Source: Candidatus Zixiibacteriota bacterium | GTDB taxonomy: Bacteria > Zixibacteria > MSB-5A5 > WJJR01 | Direction of reading: 5' to 3' | Assembly (NCBI GenBank): GCA_036170655.1 | Contig: JAVHPP010000062.1 | Span: 1 to 48,455 of the forward strand | Length of the DNA stretch: 48,455 bases | Shown: piece after piece, positions 1 to 10,049 of the stretch | How the letters are laid out: every line of letters starts with the position of its first letter | Numbering within the stretch: the first letter of the stretch is position 1 | Program-made: the position numbers and the translations under genes | The notes under the pieces: model-generated | What the model saw: the letters and a program-made list of their open reading frames with translations, nothing else | What the model was told of the DNA's origin: nothing | The model's database searches: none

Positions 1-120
1 CCGCAACCAGAACCACAGCCCGGACCACAACCCGGACCATCACAGGAGAAATCAGGCAACGGGGCCGGTCAGGCGGTCGACGCTGATTTCGAAGTGGTTG
101 ATGACGGCGAGAAGAAGTAA
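1..120 (+). CDS. dnaK: Chaperone DnaK, C-terminal end (partial, runs off window)
   Basis: Frame 1 reads PQPEPQPGPQPGPSQEKSGNGAGQAVDADFEVVDDGEKK*. VDADFEVV is the typical DnaK tail, and the gene lies directly upstream of dnaJ. Confidence 0.85.
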   Translation, partial: PQPEPQPGPQPGPSQEKSGNGAGQAVDADFEVVDDGEKK

Positions 121-233
121 GCCAAGCCGGGTGCACCACGCCTTGCCGTGGGAGAGATGGGGCACGGACCGGTCACATGGTTAACCGTTTGATCCGGGAA
201 CATGGGTAACACGCGACAACACGGGCGACGAAA

Positions 234-1412
234 GTGAAAACCAGCGTGGACAAACGCGACTATTACGATGTCTTGGGCGTCGCTCGCGATGCCGACATTG
301 AGCAAATCAAAAAAGCCTACCGCAAACTGGCTGTCCAATATCATCCCGACAAGAACCCAGGTGACAATGCCGCCGTCGAGAAATTCAGGGAGGCGACCGA
401 GGCCTACGAGATCCTGAAGGACACGGACAAGCGGCACATCTATGATGAATATGGTCACGCCGGTCTGACGGGTGCGGGCTCTGGCCCCGGCGGGTCCAGC
501 GGTTTCGGCGGGTATGATCTGTCGGATGCCCTGCGTGCCTTCATGCGCGACTTCGGCGGCGGTGGTGGTGGCATTTTTGATGAATTCTTCGGCGCCGGGG
601 GAGGGCGCGCACGCTCTGGTCCAACTGGCGGCGCGGACCTTCGCGTTCGTCTGAAGCTCACGCTTGAGGAAATCGCCTCAGGCGTGGAAAAGAAATTGCG
701 CATCAAGCGGATGATTCACTGCCCCGATTGCCACGGATCGGGACAGGCGCCAGGAAGCAACCGCATCACTTGCCTGCAATGCGGCGGAGCTGGCGAGGTG
801 CGGCAGGTCGCCCGCTCGATCTTCGGACAGTTTGTGAATATCATGACCTGTCCGCGCTGTCACGGCACTGGTCAGATTGTCGAAAAACCCTGCAGCAAGT
901 GCGGTGGCGACGGCCGCATTGAAGGCACATCGACCGTCAGTGTCAAGATTCCTGCCGGTGTGTCGTCGGGCAACTACATCTCGGTCTCTGGCGCCGGTCA
1001 TGCCGGACCACACGGCGGACCTGAGGGCGACGCCATCGTCATCATCGAGGAAACGCCGCACGAGTTCTTTGAACGGCACGGCGATGATCTCCTCTACCAT
1101 CTGCCGGTCAGTTTTTCGCAGGCCGCGCTCGGCGATTCCGCGCTAATCCCGACTCTCAACGGCTCCGTCAAGCTGAACATTCCGTCCGGAATACAATCGG
1201 GCCGGTTGCTGCGTTTGCGCGGCAAGGGCATTCCCCATCTGCGCGGCCATGGCTCCGGCGACGAACTGGTTCAAATCCTTGTGTGGACCCCGACCGAGCT
1301 CACCCGCGAGGAGAAATCTCTCCTCGAGAAATTCGCGCAGCTCCATGGCGGCCAGCCGCCCAAGGCCGACCGCTCCTTCTTTGAAAAACTCCGCGCCACC
1401 TTCGGCGGCTGA
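234..1412 (+). CDS. dnaJ: Chaperone DnaJ
   Basis: J-domain with HPD motif, G/F-rich region, four CxxCxGxG zinc-finger repeats. Start may be the GTG at 247. Confidence 0.98.
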   Translation: MKTSVDKRDYYDVLGVARDADIEQIKKAYRKLAVQYHPDKNPGDNAAVEKFREATEAYEILKDTDKRHIYDEYGHAGLTGAGSGPGGSSGFGGYDLSDALRAFMRDFGGGGGGIFDEFFGAGGGRARSGPTGGADLRVRLKLTLEEIASGVEKKLRIKRMIHCPDCHGSGQAPGSNRITCLQCGGAGEVRQVARSIFGQFVNIMTCPRCHGTGQIVEKPCSKCGGDGRIEGTSTVSVKIPAGVSSGNYISVSGAGHAGPHGGPEGDAIVIIEETPHEFFERHGDDLLYHLPVSFSQAALGDSALIPTLNGSVKLNIPSGIQSGRLLRLRGKGIPHLRGHGSGDELVQILVWTPTELTREEKSLLEKFAQLHGGQPPKADRSFFEKLRATFGG

Positions 1413-1446
1413 TCGTGGCCACGCGACTCGCCCATCGGGGACTGAT

Positions 1447-1797
1447 ATGACCGCGCCTTACCCGGCCGATCCGGGCTGCATTTTCTGTCGCATCATCGCT
1501 CATCAGGCGCCGGCGAACATTCGTTATGAGTCCGATTTGGTGATGGCCTTTGACGATGCCCGTCCCAAAGCCCCGACGCATGTCTTGATCTGTCCCAAGG
1601 GGCACTACCCGACATTCCTGGAAACGCCCGCCGGTGTCCTCTCATTGCTTAATGACGAGATCAAAACCGTCGCGAACCGACTCGGTTTCGACGGCCGCGG
1701 ATTCCGCCTGCTGGTCAACAATGGCCGCGAATCCGGACAGATTGTTTACCATCTCCATTATCACTTCCTGGCCGGTACCGGCATGAGCGGTTTCTGA
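1447..1797 (+). CDS. Histidine triad (HIT) nucleotide-binding protein
   Basis: CIFCRI N-terminus, APTHVLICPK, GQIVYHLHYHFLAG HIT motif. Confidence 0.95.
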   Translation: MTAPYPADPGCIFCRIIAHQAPANIRYESDLVMAFDDARPKAPTHVLICPKGHYPTFLETPAGVLSLLNDEIKTVANRLGFDGRGFRLLVNNGRESGQIVYHLHYHFLAGTGMSGF

Positions 1798-1819
1798 GAT
1801 CCCAAGCACAGAGGGTCAG

Positions 1820-1985
1820 GTTGCTTCGTCGTTCGTCCCGACTTCGTCGGGACTCACTCCCCGCAATGACGGTCCGATGATCTAACCCGGAAAAGAAAAG
1901 AACCGTCGTTGCGTGCGCGGCTTTATGCGCCGAAGCAATCTCCGCCTCTCCCAAGCACAGCGGGTGAGATTGTTTCGTCACTCCC
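1820..1985. repeat. Degenerate intergenic palindromic repeat cluster (GCAATGAC / CGAAGCAATCTC...GAGATTG type)
   Basis: Hairpin gtcccgac-ttc-gtcgggac, gcaatgac, and cgaagcaatctc...gagattgtttcg inverted pair between convergent genes. Confidence 0.5.
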
Positions 1986-2037
1986 CGCGCCTGCGCATGG
2001 AGTGTTCGATGGAGAGAGGATCGGATGGTGGACCGTC

Positions 2038-3117
2038 TTACACCAGCGCCGATTCCCTGTGATGCGCGTCCGGCGTTTTCGTAGCCGGTGACATCCGACT
2101 TCTCAGCGTCCGCCACCAGACGTACAGAAATCCTGCGGCGAGCAGGGACGCGCCCGTCCAGTTGAAGAGGCCGTATCGCTCTGCCAGATCGGGATCGGCG
2201 ATCCGGGGAAGCAAGTTCCATCCACCGAATGCAAGATTGACGCCCCAGCCGATGAACAGCGAGACCGTGATGAGTGTCAAAAGATAGATGGCAGCCGTGC
2301 GCGCGCCCAGACGGCGTCCGACGACGAGAATCGACGCCAGATTGGTGGCCGGGCCGACAAGGAGAAACACCAACGCCGCCCCCGGCGACACACCCTTGAC
2401 CATCAGCGCCGCCGCGATGGGTGTCGATGCGGATGCGCAGATATAAAGCGGCACGCCCGCAACCACGGCCAAAAGCAATTGCACCGATGATGGAACCGAC
2501 ACCAGGAAGTTTGCCGGCACCAACGCCGACACCATCCCGGATACAATCAGGCCCAGCAGCAGCCAGTTGGCGATGTCGGGAAAGAAATCGCCGACAATAT
2601 AGTGAAATGAGCCCGTAAGACGGGCGGGCCAGCGATGCTCGACATGACAATCGTGCTCCCCGCACACAGTGCAGTCGTCATGTTGTGCTGTGCGTTCAAT
2701 CTCCCGGCCGCCCCAGCGGTCGACCGCTATGCCGGCCGCAACGGCTGTGACGAATGCCGATACCGGGCGCAGCAAGGTCATCAGCGGATTGATCAAAGCA
2801 TAAGTGATGGCGATCGAATCAACGCCGGTTTCCGGTGTGGAGACCAGAAACGCAACAGTCGCACCCCGTGATGCGCCCCGGTCATGCAGCGACATCGCGG
2901 TGGGCAGCACACCGCACGAGCACAAGGGGAGGGGAATCCCCAGCAGCGCCGCCTTGACCGTTGACCGAATTCCTCTCCGGCCAAGATGCTCTTCAATTTT
3001 CTCTCTGGAGAAAAGCGAGTAGAAGACCGTGGCGGCAACCAGGCCAATCACGACATAGGGTGCGGCCTCCAGGAAGATCCTGCCGGTCTCACGCAACATG
3101 GCGATGATCATTCCCAT
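2038..3117 (-). CDS. SO_0444-family (DUF318/ArsP-like) heavy-metal permease
   Basis: PLPLCSCGVLP, STPETGVDS and PLYICASASTP motifs, multiple TM segments, central His/Cys linker HDDCTVCGEHDCHVEH. Confidence 0.9.
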   Translation of the reverse strand: MGMIIAMLRETGRIFLEAAPYVVIGLVAATVFYSLFSREKIEEHLGRRGIRSTVKAALLGIPLPLCSCGVLPTAMSLHDRGASRGATVAFLVSTPETGVDSIAITYALINPLMTLLRPVSAFVTAVAAGIAVDRWGGREIERTAQHDDCTVCGEHDCHVEHRWPARLTGSFHYIVGDFFPDIANWLLLGLIVSGMVSALVPANFLVSVPSSVQLLLAVVAGVPLYICASASTPIAAALMVKGVSPGAALVFLLVGPATNLASILVVGRRLGARTAAIYLLTLITVSLFIGWGVNLAFGGWNLLPRIADPDLAERYGLFNWTGASLLAAGFLYVWWRTLRSRMSPATKTPDAHHRESALV

Positions 3118-3154
3118 GACAAAACCTTGACGTTGTTACGCGGCTATCACTGAA

Positions 3155-3178
3155 ACATTTGCACAAGTGTGCACATGT
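3155..3178. promoter_or_regulatory. Probable ArsR/SmtB operator
   Basis: ACATTTGCACA-AG-TGTGCACATGT, an 11-2-11 inverted repeat with one mismatch, about 40 bp upstream of the permease start. Confidence 0.7.
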
Positions 3179-3236
3179 CGCCCGCGCGACATCCGTTGCC
3201 GATGCCTGAATCCAACGCCGATACGGGAGGGGCCTG

Positions 3237-3629
3237 CTACCCGTGTCTCACATGGTCCAGTCCCAGCGCCAGGAGCGAGCGCACATGCTCATCGTCGATC
3301 GCGTAGTAGGCCATCTTGCCGTCTTTGCGAAACTTCACCAGCCGAAGAGAACGCAGCATCCGCAACTGGTGAGATATGGCCGACACACTCAACCCCAGGA
3401 CTTGGGCAAGGTCACACACACACAACTCACCTCGGAACAGCGAATGCAGGATCTTGACACGCGTGGGATGGCCGAGGCATTGAAATACGGCCGACAGATC
3501 GTCGATCTGCGCGCGCGGGAGCATCCGCTTGCGTGCCGACGCCACACGCTTCGGATGGAACATCTCGATTTCGCACAGGTCTTTCGCGCTGCGGGTCTTG
3601 GCAGATGCGGTTTTGGTTTTTCCTGCCAT
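3237..3629 (-). CDS. ArsR/SmtB/CadC-family metal-sensing repressor
   Basis: LGHPTRVKIL, ELCVCDLA, SAISHQLRML HTH; alpha5-like DEH...H site. Confidence 0.95.
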   Translation of the reverse strand: MAGKTKTASAKTRSAKDLCEIEMFHPKRVASARKRMLPRAQIDDLSAVFQCLGHPTRVKILHSLFRGELCVCDLAQVLGLSVSAISHQLRMLRSLRLVKFRKDGKMAYYAIDDEHVRSLLALGLDHVRHG

Positions 3630-3788
3630 GATGATCCGGCCCCTCTGTTCACCCCAGACACGGCCCGCGGCGAGGTTGTTCCCCGGGCTCTCTGACTGTG
3701 AACATTAGCAAAACGCCAGCGGGCATCCCAGACATTTCTGGTGATGCCCGCAGCCGTCCTTGAACCGATGCTACGATCGCCGGGTGTC

Positions 3789-4454
3789 TTATCGCAGAAG
3801 TACCATTTTCCGTGTCAGCGGGGCCTCGCCATCCACGACCAGCCGATAGAAATAAACACCGGTCGCCACGGCGCGGCCTTGATCGTCGCGGCCGTCCCAG
3901 CTGGTCTCAGATGCCCCGGCCCGCTGCACTCCCGACAGAAGCGCGCGGACACGACGGCCCAGTATATCATAGACGACGAGACTCACGGGACGGTCACTCC
4001 GCAGCGAAAAAGAGATTACGGTCCCCGCATTGAACGGGTTGGGGACATTTTGATTCAATAGCGACGATGGCAGGAGCGCGCCGTCACCGTTATCGTCGAA
4101 GATACCGGTCACCATCGTGACGGTGATTGTCCCTTTCATGCCGAAGAACTCATGCGGTCGGCAGAAGTAGGGAAAAGTACCGACGGACGTGAATCGGCGG
4201 GTGAACGACGTATGCAGCGAGTTCAATGGTGCGTCCCAAAGAACTCCCACCTGCGGATCCGACGATCCGGTCCCCGACGTTGTGGTATGGCTGCCGCCCC
4301 CCAGCACCCACTGGATCGAATCGCCCGTGTTGATTGTGACCGCGCTGGGGGAAAACGAAAATCCCGATGCGGTCACCTGCACCGTCTTGGCCGATACATT
4401 TCCGGCGCACGCCAGAATCAGCAGCGCTGCAAACCCGCCTCTCAATCCCCTCAT
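3789..4454 (-). CDS. Secreted cupredoxin (plastocyanin/azurin-like) with C-terminal FlgD-Ig/T9SS-type domain
   Basis: Signal peptide; type-1 Cu ligands HTTTS...YFCRPHEFFGM; C-terminal LNQNVPNPFN...YDILGRRV...WDGRD...GVYFYRL...KMVLLR. Confidence 0.85.
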   Translation of the reverse strand: MRGLRGGFAALLILACAGNVSAKTVQVTASGFSFSPSAVTINTGDSIQWVLGGGSHTTTSGTGSSDPQVGVLWDAPLNSLHTSFTRRFTSVGTFPYFCRPHEFFGMKGTITVTMVTGIFDDNGDGALLPSSLLNQNVPNPFNAGTVISFSLRSDRPVSLVVYDILGRRVRALLSGVQRAGASETSWDGRDDQGRAVATGVYFYRLVVDGEAPLTRKMVLLR

Positions 4455-4617
4455 GCCTGTCTCCCGTCTGTCAATCGCCAATACCTTCCAGGATCCCGTA
4501 ACGTATTCCGGAGTATTTTAGTTCCCATGTGGTTTGGTTCGTCCGGGCACAGGTTGGCGGCATCGTCCCATTCATCCCATTTCCCTGGGAGCTGAGAGCG
4601 CCCATGTCCGACTGCCC

Positions 4618-4647
4618 TTGACATCAGTACCCCAGTGTGGGTAAAAT
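4618..4647 (+). promoter_or_regulatory. Sigma70-type promoter for the S9 peptidase gene
   Basis: TTGACA-N18-TAAAAT, followed by GGAGG RBS and ATG at 4684. Confidence 0.6.
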
Positions 4648-4683
4648 GATTGTTTGGGACCCGAACGGGCTCCGGGAGGCGAA

Positions 4684-6579
4684 ATGCGAATGAAGCAATG
4701 GGTTGTGGCGGCGCTGGTGGTGGCGGTGAGTGCCCCGTTGGCCAAGGGACAGAGGCCAGACTCGTCCTATGTCCCCGACATCGAAATTTTCATGCAGATC
4801 GGATCCAACGGCTCTCCGCAGGTGTCGCGCGACGGTTCCGTGCGTTGCTTCACCTCGGCGATGTCGGGTGTGACCCAGTTGTACCGGAAAGACCCCAGTG
4901 GCTGGCCGACACAACTCACCTTGTTCCCTGACGGGATTGATTTTTACGCTCTCTCGCATGACGGCCGTTCGGCGGTCGTCGGCTCGGCTTTCGGCGGTTC
5001 CGAGCAGACCAACTTGTACCTGGTCGATGTGCGCACCGGAAGGGTCAATCCGCTCACTATTCTGAAGGACCGCCAGGTCGCTGACCCGATGTGGTCTTTT
5101 GATGACGCGCGCATCTACTACCGCTCGAACGAGGTTACCTCGAAGGATTTTCATGTCTACGAGATGACCGTGGCGGATCGCAATTCCCATCCCGTGTTCG
5201 TCCAGGAGGGCTTCAACGGCCCCGCGACGATCAGCAAGGATGGAAAATGGCTTGTGGCTGCGTATTACCCGTCGAATGTGAATGCCAATCTGTATCTCGT
5301 GGACCTGGCGGCCGGGAAATCCGACCTCTTGACCCCACACGAAGGCAATGTGCTCTACGACGCGCCCAACTACTCCGCCGATGGCAAAACACTCTATCTG
5401 CTTTCCAACGATAATGCCAGCGGCATCATGCGTCGCGCCAGGCTTGACCTGAAGACCCGGAAGATGGGATTCCTCGACACGACCTCAATGTGGGAAGTCG
5501 AAGGATTAACCCTCTCGGAGGATCGCGCCAGAATGGCTTGGATCGTCAACGAGGACGGTTATGCACGTCTCCATTTGTTCGATCTGAATGAGAATCGTGA
5601 GTTGCCGGTCCCGCCGCTCGACGGGATCATTGGTAATGTATCTTTTGATGGCCCCGACGCTGTTGTGTTCACCTTCAACAGTCCCGCCGATCCCATCGAT
5701 TGCTGGCGCTGGAACTACCGCACAAAACAACTCGACCAATGGACCTACGCGATCACCGCCGGGGTTGATAAATCGCTTTTTGTACGTCCCCAATTGGTCA
5801 AGTTCGCCAGTTTCGACAGCATGGAGATCAGCGCTTTCTTGTACCTGCCAGCCGGGAAGAAAAAGGGCGACAAGATCCCCTTCGTGATCGAGGCGCACGG
5901 CGGCCCCGAATCCCAGTTCCGTCCCTATTTCATCCGGAACATCCAGTTTCTGGCGCTCAACGGGTATGGCATTCTCGCGGTCAATCCCCGTGGCTCTTCC
6001 GGATACGGCAGGGAATTCACCGACCTGGACAACTACAAGAATCGCTGGAAGTCGGTGAAAGATTACGAATTCGCAGCCCGCTGGCTGTCCGATCAGGCAT
6101 ACGCCGATCCGAAAAAGATCGCCATCAAGGGTGGCTCCTATGGTGGCTTCATGACGCTCGCCGCGCTGACCACCAACCCCGATCTCTACGCCGCCGGTGT
6201 CGATGAAGTCGGCATTGCCAACTTCGTGTCTTTTCTGACAAACACAAAGGACTACCGCCGCGCGCTCCGCGAGTCGGAGTACGGTCCGCTTGCGGACAGC
6301 GCCTTTCTCCGGGACATTTCACCGCTCACACACGTTGACCGCATCAAGGCGCCGCTGCTGATCATCCACGGGGAAAACGACCCGCGTGTGCCGGTCGGCG
6401 AGGCGCGACAGATGGCCAAGGCGATCTCCGCCCGCGGCGGGGTCGTCGATACGCTGATTTTCCCCGACGAGGGACACGGTGTCAGCAAACGAGCCAACAT
6501 CATGGTGTCCTACCGCCGTATTGTAGATTTCCTGAACCAGCAACTGATGGGAAAGAGCCCTATCAGGGAGACGAAGTAA
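4684..6579 (+). CDS. Secreted S9 (prolyl oligopeptidase/acylaminoacyl peptidase) family protease
   Basis: Signal peptide, beta-propeller region, HGGP, GGSYGG nucleophile, DPRV and EGHG catalytic Asp/His. Confidence 0.95.
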   Translation: MRMKQWVVAALVVAVSAPLAKGQRPDSSYVPDIEIFMQIGSNGSPQVSRDGSVRCFTSAMSGVTQLYRKDPSGWPTQLTLFPDGIDFYALSHDGRSAVVGSAFGGSEQTNLYLVDVRTGRVNPLTILKDRQVADPMWSFDDARIYYRSNEVTSKDFHVYEMTVADRNSHPVFVQEGFNGPATISKDGKWLVAAYYPSNVNANLYLVDLAAGKSDLLTPHEGNVLYDAPNYSADGKTLYLLSNDNASGIMRRARLDLKTRKMGFLDTTSMWEVEGLTLSEDRARMAWIVNEDGYARLHLFDLNENRELPVPPLDGIIGNVSFDGPDAVVFTFNSPADPIDCWRWNYRTKQLDQWTYAITAGVDKSLFVRPQLVKFASFDSMEISAFLYLPAGKKKGDKIPFVIEAHGGPESQFRPYFIRNIQFLALNGYGILAVNPRGSSGYGREFTDLDNYKNRWKSVKDYEFAARWLSDQAYADPKKIAIKGGSYGGFMTLAALTTNPDLYAAGVDEVGIANFVSFLTNTKDYRRALRESEYGPLADSAFLRDISPLTHVDRIKAPLLIIHGENDPRVPVGEARQMAKAISARGGVVDTLIFPDEGHGVSKRANIMVSYRRIVDFLNQQLMGKSPIRETK

Positions 6580-6704
6580 TAACCGGCTTGGCCAGCCGAT
6601 AATCCGTAGGGGCGCGGCTTGCCGTGCCCGGCGTTCACTCACGTAGGGGAGCATCGCGTGCGTCCTCTTGTGAAAGATAGAGATTTCAGAATCGCGACAA
6701 ACAA

Positions 6705-6777
6705 GCCGGCGTAACTCAGATGGTAGAGTAGCTGATTTGTAATCAGCCTGTCGGGGGTTCAAGTCCCTTCGCCGGCT
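6705..6777 (+). tRNA. tRNA-Thr(TGT)
   Basis: GCCGGCG/CGCCGGC acceptor stem, GCTGA-TTTGTAA-TCAGC anticodon arm, TTCAAGT T-loop; CCA not encoded. Confidence 0.96.
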
Positions 6778-6877
6778 TTATTGTCAACGTGCAAAACACG
6801 TTGACTCACTGGACATAACGTGTAACTTTTCACAACAATGGGTCTGCGTCGGGCCGTATGACGCGGGTCCACACATC

Positions 6878-6960
6878 GGAGAGGTACCCAAGCGGCCAAA
6901 GGGAGCAGACTGTAAATCTGCCGGCAGACGCCTTCGGAGGTTCGAACCCTCCCCTCTCCA
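6878..6960 (+). tRNA. tRNA-Tyr(GTA)
   Basis: GGAGAGG/CCTCTCC acceptor stem, GCAGA-CTGTAAA-TCTGC anticodon arm, long variable arm, GGTTCGAACCC. Confidence 0.96.
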
Positions 6961-7068
6961 CTCTCCTGAGTCTAACAGGATTCGGCCTGTACGACTGAAC
7001 TATGCCGCCCTCCTACAACCCCAAAAACACCTTGACATTACACCGTATCACCGTAGGTTGTCTCGGCC

Positions 7069-7599
7069 ATGGAGATTGATTTTGCGACATGGCCCGATGG
7101 GGTGACCACCAAAGAGTTCGCCGAAACGGCTGAGACGCTGGAACTTTCCAGCGAAATGAACCGTTTCGAGCAGGAGATCAAGGTCACCCTGACCGTCAGC
7201 AAGACCGACGAAGCGGCCATTGTCGACGGACATGTATTGACACGGGTCAAGGCGACCTGTGCACGGTGTCTGAAAGAGTTCGAGATCGAAGTGGGGGAGG
7301 AGTTCCGGCGGATCGGAAAACTGGTGGACTTCGCACAGGCGGACGAGGATACAGGCGATCCGGATTATGTCTTCCTGCCGTACAGCCAGGCGGTCTGGAA
7401 TCTGAACGAGCAGATCCGCGAAGTGATCTTGCTGGCCGTTTCCGACAATCCCCTCTGTGACGAGAATTGCCGGGGACTTTGCCCCCGTTGCGGGCAAAAC
7501 CTGAATACGAAAGAGTGCGGATGTGATCGTGGCCGCAGCAATGCCCCACGGGCGTCATTGAAAGACTTCTTGGACCAGTGGTCGCCGCGCACCCGTTGA
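7069..7599 (+). CDS. yceD: DUF177/YceD family protein
   Basis: CARCL and LCDENCRGLCPRCGQNLN motifs; directly upstream of rpmF. Confidence 0.92.
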   Translation: MEIDFATWPDGVTTKEFAETAETLELSSEMNRFEQEIKVTLTVSKTDEAAIVDGHVLTRVKATCARCLKEFEIEVGEEFRRIGKLVDFAQADEDTGDPDYVFLPYSQAVWNLNEQIREVILLAVSDNPLCDENCRGLCPRCGQNLNTKECGCDRGRSNAPRASLKDFLDQWSPRTR

Positions 7600-7664
7600 A
7601 TCCCGACTGAATCTGTGTCGGAAGTGATGGCGAACATGTATAATAGAAAGGGAGAGTTTGTACC

Positions 7665-7847
7665 ATGCCACTGCCCAAGAGACGACACTCACACACACGC
7701 GGCGCCAAACGCCGCACCCATTGGAAGCTGACAGCGCCCAGCCTGGTGGAGTGCCCCCATTGCCATGGCATGAAGCTCTCGCATCATGTCTGTCCCGGTT
7801 GTGGTTTCTATCGTGACCGGGAAGTTGTCACGCCAAAAGCGGGTTGA
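7665..7847 (+). CDS. rpmF: 50S ribosomal protein L32
   Basis: MPLPKRRHS...RRTHW, CPHC...HHVCPGCGFY. Confidence 0.97.
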   Translation: MPLPKRRHSHTRGAKRRTHWKLTAPSLVECPHCHGMKLSHHVCPGCGFYRDREVVTPKAG

Positions 7848-7908
7848 TTGACGGCATGATTCTCTGCCGCACGTTACAAGACAACTGACCGCAGTGACAA
7901 AGGAACGT

Positions 7909-8943
7909 ATGCCAGAGGACACCAAGACAGTGATTCTGGACGCCATGGGTGGTGACCACGGCCCGTCGGTCTGTGTGACTGGCGCCGTGGAAGCAATCAC
8001 CGAGGCGCCTTATTCATTGAAAGTCATTCTCGTTGGGGATGAAGCCCAGTTGAAGGCCGAACTTCAGAAGCACCACTTGAATGGGAAAGGCCGCCAGCTC
8101 GAGGTGATTCACGCCCCCGAGATGATCAGCATGCAGGATCACGGCGCCGATGGTATGCGGCGAAAAGACACGTCGATGCACGTGGCCATGCAACTCTTGA
8201 AAGAGGGCGGCGGCAGTGCGGTCGTGTCGACCGGCCATACCGGTGCCTTCATGGCGGCAGGTCTGGCGCAACTGGGACGCCTCTCGGGTGTCACCCGTCC
8301 GGCGATTGCCTGTCTCTTCCCCACCGAAAAGGGACGTACCCTCCTGCTTGATGTCGGCGCCAACCCGGTTTGCAAACCGCAAAACATGGTCGAGTTCGGC
8401 GTCATGGGGTCTGTTTATGTTCACGAAGTCATCGGTGTGGATTCGCCGCGTGTGGGTCTGCTCTCCAATGGAGAAGAACCCACAAAGGGAACCGGGCTGA
8501 CCATCAGCGCCCATCGGATTCTGGCCGGATCCCGCCTGAACTTTATTGGCAACATCGAAGGCCGCGACATCCTGCGCGGGCGCGCCGATGTCGTTGTCTG
8601 TGATGGCTTCGTGGGTAATATCATGCTCAAGTTTACCGAGTCGCTGCAAAGTTTTCTCACCAGCGCCGTGCGCCGTCAGATCCAGCGGAATTACTTCTCG
8701 CGAATGGGCGCCATTCTCATGGGGCCGTTCCTGCGCCGGATGCGGCGCACGTTCGATTACTCCGAATACGGTGGCGCCCCACTCTTGGGACTCAATGGCA
8801 TTTGTATGGTGTGTCACGGCTCGTCCTCGCCCAAGGCGATCAAGAATGCCATCTGGGCGGCCGCGCGCAGTGCCGACCAACAAATCAACAGACACATTGT
8901 TGATGCGCTGGACAAAAGTCTTCCTTCCACAACGGAGGCATAG
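7909..8943 (+). CDS. plsX: Phosphate acyltransferase PlsX
   Basis: DAMGGDHGP, RPAIA, LLDVGAN, DGFVGN, YGGAPLLG, CHGSS. Confidence 0.97.
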   Translation: MPEDTKTVILDAMGGDHGPSVCVTGAVEAITEAPYSLKVILVGDEAQLKAELQKHHLNGKGRQLEVIHAPEMISMQDHGADGMRRKDTSMHVAMQLLKEGGGSAVVSTGHTGAFMAAGLAQLGRLSGVTRPAIACLFPTEKGRTLLLDVGANPVCKPQNMVEFGVMGSVYVHEVIGVDSPRVGLLSNGEEPTKGTGLTISAHRILAGSRLNFIGNIEGRDILRGRADVVVCDGFVGNIMLKFTESLQSFLTSAVRRQIQRNYFSRMGAILMGPFLRRMRRTFDYSEYGGAPLLGLNGICMVCHGSSSPKAIKNAIWAAARSADQQINRHIVDALDKSLPSTTEA

Positions 8944-8947
8944 TTCG

Positions 8948-9973
8948 ATGTCGAAGACTCCTGCTCTTGAGGAGCGCACGGCCGTGATTCAGGGGACCGG
9001 TCATTATTCGCCGGATCACGTGCTGACGAATGCCGATTTTGAGCGCATGGTGGACACCTCCGATGAATGGATCGTCTCGCGTACCGGCATCAAAGAGCGT
9101 CGCGTCCTTAACGGCTCCGGCACCATAGCCACCTCCGATATGGCGGTCAGCGCGGCGACACCCGCACTCGCGGATGCCGGGATCGCGCCAACCGACCTCG
9201 ATGCCATCTTTGTTGCCACGGTTACGCCGGACTATCGTCTGCCGTCCACCGCAAGCATCGTGCAGACCAAGTTGGGTGCCGGAAAGGCCGCGGTCATGGA
9301 CATTGTCGCGGCCTGCGCGGGTTTCATCTACGGACTCTCAGTGGCACGCGCCTTTGTGATGTCGGGAATATACCGGCACATCCTCGTCGTTGGCGTCGAG
9401 CACCTCACATCGATCACCAATTATGAGGACCGCAATACCTGTGTGCTCTTCGGCGATGGCGCAGGCGCCGTCGTCGTCTCGGCCGGAACCGAACAAGATC
9501 GGAGCCGGGGCCGGGGTATTCTTTCCACATTCCTGGCGGGTGATGGCCGGTACAAGGACCTTCTGCACATACCGCTGGGTGGCTCGTGTAATCCGCTGAC
9601 CGCAGAAACGGTTGCATCTTCAGGGCGGTTCATCTATATGGATGGCCGCGAAGTCTTCAAGATCGCTGTCAAGGAAATGGCCGATGCGGCCGGACGGGTC
9701 TTGTCCGAAGCCAACATTACAGCCGACAAGATCGACATGGTGATCCCGCACCAAGCCAACATACGGATCATCGAAGCCCTGGCAAAACGTCTTGGGATTG
9801 ATTCCCAGCGCGTCTATGTCAACATCGACCGCTACGGCAATACCTCGTCGGCGTCCGTCCCGATTGCCCTCGACGAGGCAAAGCGTAATGGACAGGTTGG
9901 CGATGGCTCGCTCATTCTCTCGGTAGCATTTGGCGGGGGACTGACTTGGGGAGCGGCGCTATACCGTTTGTGA
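8948..9973 (+). CDS. fabH: 3-oxoacyl-ACP synthase III
   Basis: DTSDEWI, AACAGF, FGDGAGA, PHQAN, GNTSSAS. Confidence 0.97.
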   Translation: MSKTPALEERTAVIQGTGHYSPDHVLTNADFERMVDTSDEWIVSRTGIKERRVLNGSGTIATSDMAVSAATPALADAGIAPTDLDAIFVATVTPDYRLPSTASIVQTKLGAGKAAVMDIVAACAGFIYGLSVARAFVMSGIYRHILVVGVEHLTSITNYEDRNTCVLFGDGAGAVVVSAGTEQDRSRGRGILSTFLAGDGRYKDLLHIPLGGSCNPLTAETVASSGRFIYMDGREVFKIAVKEMADAAGRVLSEANITADKIDMVIPHQANIRIIEALAKRLGIDSQRVYVNIDRYGNTSSASVPIALDEAKRNGQVGDGSLILSVAFGGGLTWGAALYRL

Positions 9974-10049
9974 ACAGGGCCGCCATTCGCTGCCGGGTGC
10001 GCTCCTGGTCCAGGGGTGCAGCGGCAATACCAACACAAGGATCTGACAC

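Noticed and set aside
1..45. Short tandem repeat ccaca(g/a)cccgga
   Set aside because: It simply encodes the Pro/Gln/Gly low-complexity tail of DnaK.
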